Shown: positions 9,521-19,624, counted from the stretch's first letter. The stretch is DNA of 64,000 nt from an uncultured delta proteobacterium (GCA_963752595.1 CAVVYZ010000005.1:314751-378750); one strand, 5' to 3'. The notes: generated from the sequence alone by a model not told the origin. Numbers and translations: made by a program.

Positions 9521-11217
9521 GTCTTCTTCACGAACAGTCCGACATCCTCGATCTCGAAGGTATTAAGGCAAGCCTGTGCGGTCAAAAACCCTTTCCTCGC
9601 GATCCTGACCCCGTACTCCATGTCATCAAGCCCTTCCACCGTATGGGCATCAGGACTTAAGCCGATGATCCCTCCTCTCGATACGAATGGTTCGATGAGC
9701 CTCCAGTCGATATCGAGCCGTAAGGGGTTGGCATTGAGTTCCAGGGCGACCTTGTTTCGAAGGGCCTCTTCGAGGACAGCGTCCATATCGACTGCATAGG
9801 GATCCCGGGACAGGAGGATCCTCCCTGTCGGATGGGCGAATATTGTGGTGAACGGGTTCTGTAAGGCCTTGATGATCCTCCGGGTCATGGTATTGCGGTC
9901 CATGTCCATACCCGTATGAATGCTTGCAACCACAAAATCGAACTCCTCGAGGATTTCGGGTGCATAATCCAGGGATCCGTCTGCGAGGATATCGGACTCT
10001 ATTCCTTTCAGGATCGTAATGTCCTTGAATCCGCCCCTCAACTTATCTATCTCCCTGTGCTGCCTGATTATATCGTCCTGACTCATTCCTCCTGCATAGT
10101 ATGCGCTCCGGCTGTGGTCGGATATCCCGATCCATCGATACCCCCTCTCCCGCGCTCCAAGGACCATTTCCTCCAGGGTTGATGTGCCGTCGCTGAAGAT
10201 TGTGTGGTTGTGGATCGTTCCGCGGATATCTTCAAGCCGTATGAGCTCAGGTAAGGTGTGGCTGCGGGCGAGTATCGATCTCACGTCCCGACCCTCGCGC
10301 ACCTCGGGCGGGAGATACTGGAGACCCAGCATGCGGTATATCTCCTCTTCGTCACGGACAGGTATGGTCTTTCCTTGACGGGAAACACCCCTTTCATCGA
10401 TCTCGATGTCCATGTCCGATGCAAGTCTTTTCAGCTCTCGATGTGTTGTTCAGAGCCCGTAGTAATCAGGAGCCTGGCCGCCAGGACATCCGGGGAGGCG
10501 AACATGAAAGAAGCAGCGGGACGGCCGGCCTTGAGGGCATCACATAAGCGCTTCCTTTGACCTCCATGCCGGGCTCTTTGAGGAGATCCATGATCTTCTC
10601 GATTGCGCCTCGGTGCCTTCCACCAGGAACTCGATTCGTTCAACTATCTCAGCATCCCTCCGGCACTGGCCTGTGAGATGGACCTTCATACCTTTTGAGG
10701 CGAGCACCGAACGGATCCCTTCCGCATGTGCCAGTGCCCGGTCAATGGTGAATTTTCCCCGGTAGCTCAACACCCGTTCAAGGGCACTTGGAAGGTTGTC
10801 GACAAACTTGGCCGGGAAAGCCCTCAGCCCGGCGAGTTTCCTTTCTTTTACCGCTTCCATCAGGTCTTCGATGGTTTTGATGGACCGCTGTTCGTGCAGG
10901 ATCCTGATCCTCTTCATTCCGAGCCCCGGAACCTTGAGGAACTCATCGAGCCCGCTCGGAATCATGGAGCGAAGCTCTTCAAGGTCCGAGAAATCATGGT
11001 CCTTGACCCAGGCTTCGATCTTGGCGGCAATTGTTTTCCCGATACCCGGGATCTCTGAAAGTCCGCTCTTTTCAAGTGTCCGGCTCAAGGGCTCATCGAG
11101 CTGCATGACAGCCTGGGCAGCCTTCCGGTATGCCTTCACCTTGAAAGGGTTCTCATCGAGAAACTCTAAACTCCGCGCCGTCTCCAGCAAAGCTGAGGCG
11201 ATTATGCGATTATCCAA
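9517..11217 (-). CDS. polX: PolX/PHP family protein, split by about three frameshifts between 10420 and 10610
   Basis: ORF 10540-11277 has ENPFKVKAYRKAA, IPGIGK, VPGLGMKR; ORF 10431-10643 ends in LLITTGSEQH; ORF 9517-10413 has the PHP motifs HNHT..SDG, SDHS, AHPTGR, SPDAH. TTG start at 11217 follows a GGAG RBS. Confidence 0.82.
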
Positions 11218-12415
11218 GGGCACTCCCTTTTGCATATCCGTCATGCGCCTCTTCCAGGACAACCCGGGCAAGATCATTCGCCTTTGCCTTGCCCGAGGCT
11301 TCCACCTTCAGGTAGTTCGAGGTGATCCCCTGAAAAGTGCCTTCCTGGACGCGGGTGACAAGCACCTCTGCCTCATGCCCCATTTGCGAGAGGATAAACG
11401 CCTTCCTCTTGGCATGAGACAGCGCCCTGAGCCTGAATGCCCGTTCCTTCATGGTCCGGGTGTCGACCTGATCCGCATAGGAAGCTGCCGGAGTTTTCGG
11501 CCTTTTGGAGTAAGGAAATACATGCAGGTAGCCAAGCTCAAGGTCGGATATGAGCGAAAAGGTCTGCTCGAACTGCTCTTCCCCTTCGCCGGGGAAGCCT
11601 ACCATGACGTCCGAACCGATGGCGACATCCGGGTTCGAATCCCTGATCGCCGAAACGAGATCCCGATAATACCCGGCCTGATAGGGCCTGCCCATCCGGG
11701 TGAGTATTTCGTCCGATCCGCTCTGGAGCGGAACGTGAATGTGTTTGCATACCCTCGGATCCTTCGCAATCAGATCGATGAGCCCTTTCGAGAAGGTCCA
11801 CGGCTCAATGGAGCTGATGCGCACCCTGGGCATGGGACTGTGGTTGAGGATATTCTCGATGAGCGTCTGCACCCCTCCTTCATAGAGGCCTATGTTGATT
11901 CCCGTAAGGATGACCTCCCGGAACCCCGACTCGTACAGCCCTATGGTCTCGCACAGGATATCCTTCAGCGGCCTGCTTCGAGGGACACCCCTTGCCTGGG
12001 GCACGATGCAGAACGTGCAGTGATTATTGCACCCCTGCTGGACATTCACGAATGCCCGGGAATGACCGCAGAAGTCTTTGATATGCGAAGGCAAAGGGAT
12101 GCCGAGGGCCGTGCCCATATCCTCGAAGGCGACGACCTCGATCTTACCTGGCAGGCTCCTTATCTCATCGGGATAGACCTTTGCCTGGCAGCCTGTGACG
12201 ATGATCCTGGCATTATAGCTCAAAGCCCTGCGTATGAGCTTCCGGTCCTCTGCATCCGAACGATGGGTGACCGTGCAGGTATTGATGATGTAAAGATCGG
12301 CGCCGGGACACGAGAAACCCTGTTCGGAAAAACCTCCCGACGTCAGGGCCTCCCTGATGAGCTGACCTTCATACTGGTTTACCTTGCATCCAAGGGTGGT
12401 AATGGCAAATTTCAT
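11210..12415 (-). CDS. mtaB: tRNA t6A37 methylthiotransferase
   Basis: TLGCKVNQYE, INTCTVT, QQGCNNHCTFC, HVFPYSKRPKT. Confidence 0.88.
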   Translation of the reverse strand: MKFAITTLGCKVNQYEGQLIREALTSGGFSEQGFSCPGADLYIINTCTVTHRSDAEDRKLIRRALSYNARIIVTGCQAKVYPDEIRSLPGKIEVVAFEDMGTALGIPLPSHIKDFCGHSRAFVNVQQGCNNHCTFCIVPQARGVPRSRPLKDILCETIGLYESGFREVILTGINIGLYEGGVQTLIENILNHSPMPRVRISSIEPWTFSKGLIDLIAKDPRVCKHIHVPLQSGSDEILTRMGRPYQAGYYRDLVSAIRDSNPDVAIGSDVMVGFPGEGEEQFEQTFSLISDLELGYLHVFPYSKRPKTPAASYADQVDTRTMKERAFRLRALSHAKRKAFILSQMGHEAEVLVTRVQEGTFQGITSNYLKVEASGKAKANDLARVVLEEAHDGYAKGSALG

Positions 12416-12465
12416 AAAAAAAGAGGGTGAAACCAAAGTAATGTTTCGGGTTACAAGGGAGATGC

Positions 12466-13038
12466 CTATGCCTCATCCTTGAGAGTCTGTTTGATCTCCT
12501 TGGTGAACTCGTCGGAGGCTTCCATGAGCTTTATCCCTGTCTCAACATTGCCGGAAGCATCCACAAGAGACCATACGGCCTTGCCGCGTGCCTTCTTCCC
12601 GGAAACCGAGACACGTACCTCCTTATCCACGGCAACCTTCTCCAATGTCTTCAGCAAGAGGCCTTTATCATCGGCATTGAGGAGATTCCCGTTCTCAGGC
12701 CCTTCACCTATATCGTATACGACAGGGGCGCTGATCCTGTGCTGCCTGAGCTTCAGGTGCTGCTGGTGGGCGTCCTTGTGTCCCATACTCCTGAGCTGGG
12801 AATCCATGTTGTAGATCGTATTGAAGTACCTGACCTTCTGCTCATGCCGTGCGACTCTCGATACATCTTTGAGCAGGGTCTTCTTCGCTCTCTGGAGCGT
12901 ATCTACGAGGTGGGTAAAAGCAGCTTCGTATTCCCGGTTTCCCTTGTTGGCAAGATACGTGTTGATCATGGAGGGCAACCGTTTTTTTACCTGGACCTCG
13001 AAATCTTTAAGGATCGTCTCGAATTCTTCCCTGGTCAT
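12466..13038 (-). CDS. Hypothetical protein with a possible degenerate C-terminal PilZ-like domain
   Basis: Helical N-half; C-half RQHRI..., LLNADDKGLLL, GKAVWS...TGIKL has PilZ-like spacing. Confidence 0.5.
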   Translation of the reverse strand: MTREEFETILKDFEVQVKKRLPSMINTYLANKGNREYEAAFTHLVDTLQRAKKTLLKDVSRVARHEQKVRYFNTIYNMDSQLRSMGHKDAHQQHLKLRQHRISAPVVYDIGEGPENGNLLNADDKGLLLKTLEKVAVDKEVRVSVSGKKARGKAVWSLVDASGNVETGIKLMEASDEFTKEIKQTLKDEA

Positions 13039-13163
13039 GAAATCACCATAAAACAACCCCAGGGTAAAAATCAAATCAATGTTTCATGTTTCCTATTTAT
13101 TAAGTGAGCTAAAATTTTTTAAGAGACCTGGAAGATTCTTTACCCAAAGCGTATGATTCTGAT

Positions 13164-14612
13164 ATGCTATCTCCAATGAAAGTACTTTTCTGTTCGCCTG
13201 AAGCGGCACCTTACGCAAAGACCGGGGGATTGGCGGATGTAAGCGGCGCCCTGCCCCAGGAACTGAAGAAGATCGGGGCTGATTGCAAGGTCGTCATGCC
13301 GCTGTATAAATCCATAAGAAAATCCGGGATTGCGCTCGATCACGTCACGGATCTCTCCTTCCTTGCCGGCCTCGGGATCGCCCAGGCAAGGATTTTTTCC
13401 CATAAGGACCTGTATTTCATCGAAAATAACATGTACTTCAACCGGGACGGCATTTATGCCTATGCAAACAGGGACTTTCCGGACAACCTCGAGCGCTTCG
13501 CATTTTTTTCCCGGGCATGCCTGGAGCTCGCGCTCACGCTCGGCGATGTCGACATCATGCACTGCAACGACTGGCAGACAGCACTCATTCCGGCATACAT
13601 CCATTCGCTCGATATCCACCACCTGTCGACCTGCTATACAATCCATAATCTTGCCTACCAGGGAATCTTCGATGCGATGCTGTGGCCCAATCTCTTTCTC
13701 CCCTATGAATACTTCCGCCCCGATCTCATGGAATACTTCGGCCACATCAATATCATGAAAGCAGGGATCGTATTCGCCGATATGGTAACCACGGTGAGCC
13801 CCTCATACGCACGCGAGATCCAGACCCCGGAATTCGGTTCGGGCCTGGATGGACTCTTGAGGTCGGTTTCTCACAAGCTCACCGGCATCGTCAACGGGAT
13901 CGATACCTCGGTATGGGACCCTGCCAATGATCAGCTTCTCGCATATCACTTCAGCATGGACGATCTCTCGGGCAAAGCCCTGTGCAAGAGAGACCTGCAG
14001 CAGAGGCTTTCTCTCGAGGGCCGCCCTGCCCCTCTCTTCGGAATGATCAGCCGCCTGGTGGATCAGAAAGGCATCGATCTGGTGATCTCGATTATGGAGC
14101 GGATCATATCCTTAGGCGGACAGGTGGCCATCTTGGGCAGCGGCGAAAAATGGCACGAAGAGGCGCTTCGCAACATGGCTTCCCTCCATAAGGGGCAGCT
14201 CGGGGCCTACCTGGGGTTTGACGAAAGCCTTGCCCACATCATTGAAGCAGGCTCCGACTTCTTCCTCATGCCTTCACGGTTCGAACCGTGCGGGCTGAAC
14301 CAGATGATCAGCATGCGCTACGGCACGATCCCCATCGTTACCTGCGTGGGTGGTTTGAGGGATACGGTCACGGCCTTAGGCGAAGGCGATCTGGCGAACG
14401 GGTTACGTGTTTTTCAGCCCACGGAAGGCGACCTCTTGAATGCCGTACAGGAGGCCTGTACTATCTATAAGGACAAGCCGGAGCTCTTTGCGGTCCTCCG
14501 GAAGAATGCCATGGGGGAAAATGTCGATTGGACGCAATCTGCATTACAATATTACAGTATGTACAACAAAATGAAAGATTTTCGAGAAAGAGCGAGATTA
14601 ACCGAGCTCTGA
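13164..14612 (+). CDS. glgA: Glycogen synthase (GT5)
   Basis: KTGGLADV, HCNDWQT, TIHNLAYQG, SRLVDQKG, MPSRFEPCGL. Confidence 0.95.
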   Translation: MLSPMKVLFCSPEAAPYAKTGGLADVSGALPQELKKIGADCKVVMPLYKSIRKSGIALDHVTDLSFLAGLGIAQARIFSHKDLYFIENNMYFNRDGIYAYANRDFPDNLERFAFFSRACLELALTLGDVDIMHCNDWQTALIPAYIHSLDIHHLSTCYTIHNLAYQGIFDAMLWPNLFLPYEYFRPDLMEYFGHINIMKAGIVFADMVTTVSPSYAREIQTPEFGSGLDGLLRSVSHKLTGIVNGIDTSVWDPANDQLLAYHFSMDDLSGKALCKRDLQQRLSLEGRPAPLFGMISRLVDQKGIDLVISIMERIISLGGQVAILGSGEKWHEEALRNMASLHKGQLGAYLGFDESLAHIIEAGSDFFLMPSRFEPCGLNQMISMRYGTIPIVTCVGGLRDTVTALGEGDLANGLRVFQPTEGDLLNAVQEACTIYKDKPELFAVLRKNAMGENVDWTQSALQYYSMYNKMKDFRERARLTEL

Positions 14613-14858
14613 GTTTTCTACAAATTGTAGATAATTACTCCGGAGTTAGGGAAAAACATATTCCGGCCTGTCCTGCTCGGATACAGGAGGAACGTGGCTC
14701 CATAATATATTTTATTGTTATTGTTTCACTTTTTTATCTTCACGTAAAATTAACAAGGATGGGTATAATCGAACGGCGTTGGGTTTGATCTTTTCCGGCA
14801 AGTGGAACATTATGCCGGACATACGTTTTCGAGGTCTTCTTTCTCCTTGGAGGTTGAT

Positions 14859-16199
14859 GTGGATCGTTATGCAATTATTAAGGAATCGATTCTCGCAAAG
14901 GTTCCTTCAGCTTCTGAAAGGGCTTTCATCGAACAGATTGACATCATGGAAGAGGACGGGACCGTTATTATTTTCTGCCCGAACAGTTTCTCGCAGAAAT
15001 ACTTGAGCAAGCAGTATAAGGACTCCATTGTCCAGAGCGTCAGGGCAGCGCTTGAACAGCCGGTGGACGTGCAGTTTCAGGTGAGACAGGGGGAGAAACC
15101 TGCTCAAGATACCTTTAGCCGGGAATACCCTGTCCAGATGACCCTGCCGACCTTAAGCGCTCCATCTTCTCAGAACGGCCTCAACAGCAATTTCACCTTT
15201 GAAGAATTCATCGTGGGAAGATGCAATGCCTTTGCATATGAAGCAGCAATGGCAGTCTCGGATGAAGGTATCAGCAAATACAATCCCCTGTACTTTTTCT
15301 CGGACATCGGGCTGGGGAAAAGTCACATCGCCCATGCCATCGGGAACCGCGTGGTCAGATCGAAAGAAAGCGTTTCCGTCAAGTACACAACTGCACGGGA
15401 CTTCTCCCAGGACTATGTCCATTCCGTCCGGAACAATTGTTTGAACGACTTCAAAAACACTTACAACCCCGGAAAGCTCGACATCTTTTTCATCGACGAC
15501 GTGCACATCTTCAAGAATAAGGAAAAAACCCAGATGGAGCTCTGTCATGTCCTGGATGATCTGATCAGTGCCGGCAAACAGGTTATCCTCTCCGGTTTCC
15601 GTCCTCCGTCATCCATGTCGCAGATCGATAAGGGACTTCGTTCAAGGTTCTCCTCAGGCCTCGTCATAGACCTCAAGCGCCCTGACAAGAATACCCGGGA
15701 GAAAATCGTACGCTCCAAGGCAAAGAAAACAGGTGTAACACTCCCTGAAGAGGTAGTGGAGTTCATCAGCACGAATGTGCTCAGCTCCATCAGGGAGCTC
15801 GAAAGCGCGGTCATGACCATCACTGCCATGGGCTCTCTCATGAAACGCCGGATTACTTTGGACCTTGCAAAAGAGCTCCTGGAAGGAACCCTGGAAAAGC
15901 AGCAGAAGATCACTATCGAGCTCATTCAGAACTTCATATCCAAGAATTTCTGTATTGCCAAAGATACCTTGATTTCTCCTTCCCGGAAAAAGGATATCGT
16001 TTATCCGAGGCAGGTGGCTATTTTCCTCTGCAGGCGCTATACCCGTGAGCCCCTTCAGAACATCGGAAACGCTTTCTTAAGAAAGCATTCATCCATCATC
16101 CACTCCCTCGAAACCATCGAGATCATGTACAAACAAAACCTCAAGGTAAAACGGGAAATCGACTTTCTCATCGAAAAGTTCGAGTCCGAGACAGCGTAA
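14859..16199 (+). CDS. dnaA: DnaA-family initiator protein, divergent; probably a second paralog
   Basis: LNSNFTFEEFIVGRCN, YNPL, GLGKSH, IDDVH, LRSRF, IRELES, domain IV PRQVAIFL. GTG start at 14859 after GGAGG; no dnaN adjacent. Confidence 0.85.
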   Translation: MDRYAIIKESILAKVPSASERAFIEQIDIMEEDGTVIIFCPNSFSQKYLSKQYKDSIVQSVRAALEQPVDVQFQVRQGEKPAQDTFSREYPVQMTLPTLSAPSSQNGLNSNFTFEEFIVGRCNAFAYEAAMAVSDEGISKYNPLYFFSDIGLGKSHIAHAIGNRVVRSKESVSVKYTTARDFSQDYVHSVRNNCLNDFKNTYNPGKLDIFFIDDVHIFKNKEKTQMELCHVLDDLISAGKQVILSGFRPPSSMSQIDKGLRSRFSSGLVIDLKRPDKNTREKIVRSKAKKTGVTLPEEVVEFISTNVLSSIRELESAVMTITAMGSLMKRRITLDLAKELLEGTLEKQQKITIELIQNFISKNFCIAKDTLISPSRKKDIVYPRQVAIFLCRRYTREPLQNIGNAFLRKHSSIIHSLETIEIMYKQNLKVKREIDFLIEKFESETA

Positions 16200-16308
16200 C
16201 GAGAGCTGCGATCAGGATTCGATAGTCAGGTTTCAAAACGAAGGTATGGCCGGAAGCCGCGATATTTTATTCAGGATGGGCCTGTTACTCTATAGGACCG
16301 GTACTCCT

Positions 16309-17595
16309 TTATTGTATATTCTTAATCCTGAACAACGGGTCCTGCTTTATGCCCGCTGCCTCTCTGCTGAAGTCTCTGAAATTATCGACACCGGTAAAAA
16401 ATTCGCGCATCATCACCACCCAGTAATACTGGCCTCTCCTGGTTAATCGCATCTTCCCTCCTTCCCGGCGCACGCCGCCGGCAAGGAAAAAAAACAGAGC
16501 CTCGGGCCCGATCAGCCACCAGAGCGGGGCACTGAATCTCTTACGGAAGGATTCCAGGTCCAGGGACAGGCCGAACAGGCCCATGAGGAAGGCGTATCCT
16601 GCCAATTCCCGAACGGAAAAGAGCTTTCTGGCAAACAGCGGAAACTTCCCCTGATCGATGAGCCTTCCATATGCCGGCAACGAAAACGTATTGGCATAGA
16701 TCCCTCCGCCCACGAGACCGAACGCACCGCTGCCCGCACCCACATATTCATCGTTCATGACGATATATTCATCGATCATGGATGTGCCCTTCTTTGAGAA
16801 GCACCAGGCAGAGCCGGGCTGATAGGCATCGTCCAGCCTGGAGAGGATGTGCTGAAAGAAGAGCTTTTCCTTCTTGTGCCTAACATTCCCCATGAGTGCC
16901 TTCATCCTGTTTCTCGTAATATCCGAGACCATGAGGGGGTAGAAGGTAATCTGGTCAGGGCCGACATCCATTAGGGTATTGAGATCCTGCTCAAGCATCT
17001 CGATGCTCTGGATGGGAAAATTGTAGATCATGTCGGCATTGAGCGTATTCACATAGCCTTTTGCCTCCGAAAGCTTCTGCTTCAAGGCCAGGCCGCTGCC
17101 GTACTTATCATATCTGCCCACGGATTTTAAGATACGGTTATCAAATGTCTGGATACCCACTGACACCCGCTTAACCCCTGCATCTGCAAGCCTTTTCAGG
17201 AGATGTGTATCCAGCCTGTCGGGATTTGTCTCAACAGAGACCTCCCCTGGAGAGAAATCCTTCTGAAGCGCATCGAGGAGACCGAGGAGCTCTTCAGGGA
17301 GGATCGTGGGCGTCCCTCCTCCGATATAGACTCCTGAGAAGGAATACCCCCTTTCGTGATACATCCTGAGCTCTTTTCTTAATGAATGGAAATATTCCCT
17401 CGCCTGCCCCTCGTGAAACTGCACCCGATGGAAAGAGCAGTACGGACAGAGTTCCGCACAGAATGGGATATGGATATAGAGATTGATAGGCCTGTCAGGT
17501 GCCGGAGGAGGCTCCAGGAGGCCGCTGTTTTCAAAGGTGAAGCATCCGGAGGTCTTGCGCTTTAATACCCATGCGATGAAATCTTCTATGATCAT
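16309..17595 (-). CDS. HemN-like class C radical SAM enzyme, probable menaquinone methyltransferase (MenK/MqnK family)
   Basis: LYIHIPFCAELCPYC, YIGGGTPT, QITFYPLM, C-terminal MMREFF..VDNFR. Confidence 0.7.
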   Translation of the reverse strand: MIIEDFIAWVLKRKTSGCFTFENSGLLEPPPAPDRPINLYIHIPFCAELCPYCSFHRVQFHEGQAREYFHSLRKELRMYHERGYSFSGVYIGGGTPTILPEELLGLLDALQKDFSPGEVSVETNPDRLDTHLLKRLADAGVKRVSVGIQTFDNRILKSVGRYDKYGSGLALKQKLSEAKGYVNTLNADMIYNFPIQSIEMLEQDLNTLMDVGPDQITFYPLMVSDITRNRMKALMGNVRHKKEKLFFQHILSRLDDAYQPGSAWCFSKKGTSMIDEYIVMNDEYVGAGSGAFGLVGGGIYANTFSLPAYGRLIDQGKFPLFARKLFSVRELAGYAFLMGLFGLSLDLESFRKRFSAPLWWLIGPEALFFFLAGGVRREGGKMRLTRRGQYYWVVMMREFFTGVDNFRDFSREAAGIKQDPLFRIKNIQ

Positions 17596-17599
17596 GCCT

Positions 17600-17818
17600 C
17601 TACCGGAACATCCTTATGAGATAGAATAACACGCTGAGGATGATGCTGATGAGAAGACAGGTCGTAATGGGGAAATAGATCCGGTAACCGGGCTTTACTA
17701 TTCTGATATCTCCGGGAAGCTTCCCCAGCCAGGAAAGATTCCCTCCTGCATAGAGAAATATCCCCGCTATCACAAATACGGCTCCAAACAGGATCAGGAT
17801 CAAGCCGGCGTTTTTCAT
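17600..17818 (-). CDS. DUF2905 family small membrane protein
   Basis: WLGKLPGDIRI...YFPITTCLLISIILS. Confidence 0.85.
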   Translation of the reverse strand: MKNAGLILILFGAVFVIAGIFLYAGGNLSWLGKLPGDIRIVKPGYRIYFPITTCLLISIILSVLFYLIRMFR

Positions 17819-17991
17819 GCACAGGTATATAGAGGAAACAGGGATAATATTCAAGAAGGCAAGGCAAAGACACACGGCTTTGATTCCTCGAGAGTCGTAT
17901 AGGGCTGCACTGTGCATTGCATGGCCGGATTTTCCATGATAAAGATCAAAACGTACTGTGTACAGGGCGATTTGATCTTGGAGGGGGGATC

Positions 17992-18333
17992 ATGGCGGTA
18001 CTTCATTTTTGTGACATTCCTGAGGAGACATCTTTAAAAGGGGCACGCGGCGTCAGTAAACGAACGCTCATCGGCAAGGATCAGTCAGCGCCGAATTTTT
18101 ATTTGCGCCGTTTCCATGTCGAGCCGTTCGGAAACACACCCAGGCATACCCATCCATGGGAGCACGAGATCTATGTCCTTTCCGGGTGCGGTGAAGTAAC
18201 CATAGCAGGAGAAAGCTCAGCACTGAAGGAGGGCATAGCCGTATTCATACCCGGGGGTGCCGATCACCAGATTCGGGCTGGAGACAAGCCCCTGGAATTC
18301 ATCTGTATCGTACCGGCGATCGAGGAAGCATAA
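17992..18333 (+). CDS. Cupin domain protein
   Basis: TPRHTHPWEHEIYVLSG...IPGGADHQ; ATG after GGAGG. Confidence 0.88.
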   Translation: MAVLHFCDIPEETSLKGARGVSKRTLIGKDQSAPNFYLRRFHVEPFGNTPRHTHPWEHEIYVLSGCGEVTIAGESSALKEGIAVFIPGGADHQIRAGDKPLEFICIVPAIEEA

Positions 18334-18336
18334 CTC

Positions 18337-18990
18337 ATGATCCCGATACGGGATACGAGCGTATCACGAGGGTTTGCTCCAGCAACTGCGGTCATCATCC
18401 TCATTAACCTGATTGTCTTTTTTGAGGAACTGCGCGTAGGGGACCAGATCTTTCAGCTCTTCGCCGTCAGCCCCTTTGACATCTACCGCTACCTTACCAA
18501 GGGAACAGGCAATATACTCGCTATTAACTGGTCAATCCTGGTTTCAGCTTTCATGCATGCAGGGTACATCCACCTCCTGGGCAATATGATCTTCCTCTCG
18601 GTGTTCGGCCCGGCTTTGGAAAAAAAGATAGGGGTCATCCGATTCTCGCTGTTCTACCTTGCTGCAGTCTTTTTTGCTTTCTATACTCATACAATAGTAT
18701 ACACTTCATCATCGATACCGGTTGTAGGAGCATCCGGGGCCATCGCAGCCGTAATGGGTGCATACCTCGTCTTCAATCCCAAGGCAAAGATACTCACCAT
18801 AATCCCGCTGCTGTTCTTCATCGAGGTCATTGAAATCCCCTCCGTGGTCTTCATCCTCGTCTGGTTCCTCTTGCAGGGGGCGAATGGATATTTGAGCGTT
18901 CACACCCATACTTCCATCGCATGGTTTTCCCATATCGGGGGCTTCATCATGGGGCTTATCGTGGGGATCCAGATGAAATGGTTCAGATGA
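18337..18990 (+). CDS. Rhomboid family intramembrane serine protease
   Basis: MIPIRD start, HLLGNM, VGASGAIA, AWFSHIGGF. Confidence 0.9.
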   Translation: MIPIRDTSVSRGFAPATAVIILINLIVFFEELRVGDQIFQLFAVSPFDIYRYLTKGTGNILAINWSILVSAFMHAGYIHLLGNMIFLSVFGPALEKKIGVIRFSLFYLAAVFFAFYTHTIVYTSSSIPVVGASGAIAAVMGAYLVFNPKAKILTIIPLLFFIEVIEIPSVVFILVWFLLQGANGYLSVHTHTSIAWFSHIGGFIMGLIVGIQMKWFR

Positions 18991-19264
18991 GCGGGATAAA
19001 AACCCGTATATCATATAAGAAGCAGTCCGAACTGCGTTGGAGCCTTTTCTGCCCCCTGGACATTGTATTTTTTCATAAAAAATTATGACAAAGGAAGTTT
19101 AAGGCATGATGAACTTGAATTACCAATTTGTAATCCCGTTGCGTCACCGGTTAGATAAACGAAACCCTCTCTCGGTCTTTCTGCTGCCCTATATGCATAT
19201 ATCTTCGCTAATTATGAATTTTTCGTAAAGATTCATTTTCATGCTCCCGATAGAGAGACTATGT

Positions 19265-19609
19265 ATGAGAAAGAGTCAAATATCAGACACAATCCGGTCT
19301 CTTGCAGAGACACTGTTCACTGCGGGGATGTCGCGGGCCTTACCCTATGCGCTGATCATGGTAATTATTCTGCTTTTAATATTTACCGTGCCTGGGGACA
19401 AAGGCTTGATAAGGAGTTATCAGCTCCATCAAGAGCTCGAGGATCTGCAGAGCCAGAATGTTATTTTGCGGAAGAAGAATCAGGTTCTCGCCCAGGAAGC
19501 GCTCATGTTGAGAGAAAATCTGGCATACATCGAGCATGTAATCATACAGGAAATGAATCTGGTCAAACCAGGAGATATTATCGTGGTTTTCAAAAAGGGA
19601 AAGAAATGA
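19265..19609 (+). CDS. FtsB/DivIC-like septum formation initiator
   Basis: Single TM, GDKGL, coiled coil, YIEHV..EMNLVKPGD; start uncertain. Confidence 0.7.
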   Translation: MRKSQISDTIRSLAETLFTAGMSRALPYALIMVIILLLIFTVPGDKGLIRSYQLHQELEDLQSQNVILRKKNQVLAQEALMLRENLAYIEHVIIQEMNLVKPGDIIVVFKKGKK

Positions 19610-19624
19610 TCACGGGGTGAGGGA

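Noticed and set aside
10796-12430. 544-aa plus-strand ORF
   Set aside because: Antisense to mtaB and polX, which have clear family motifs.
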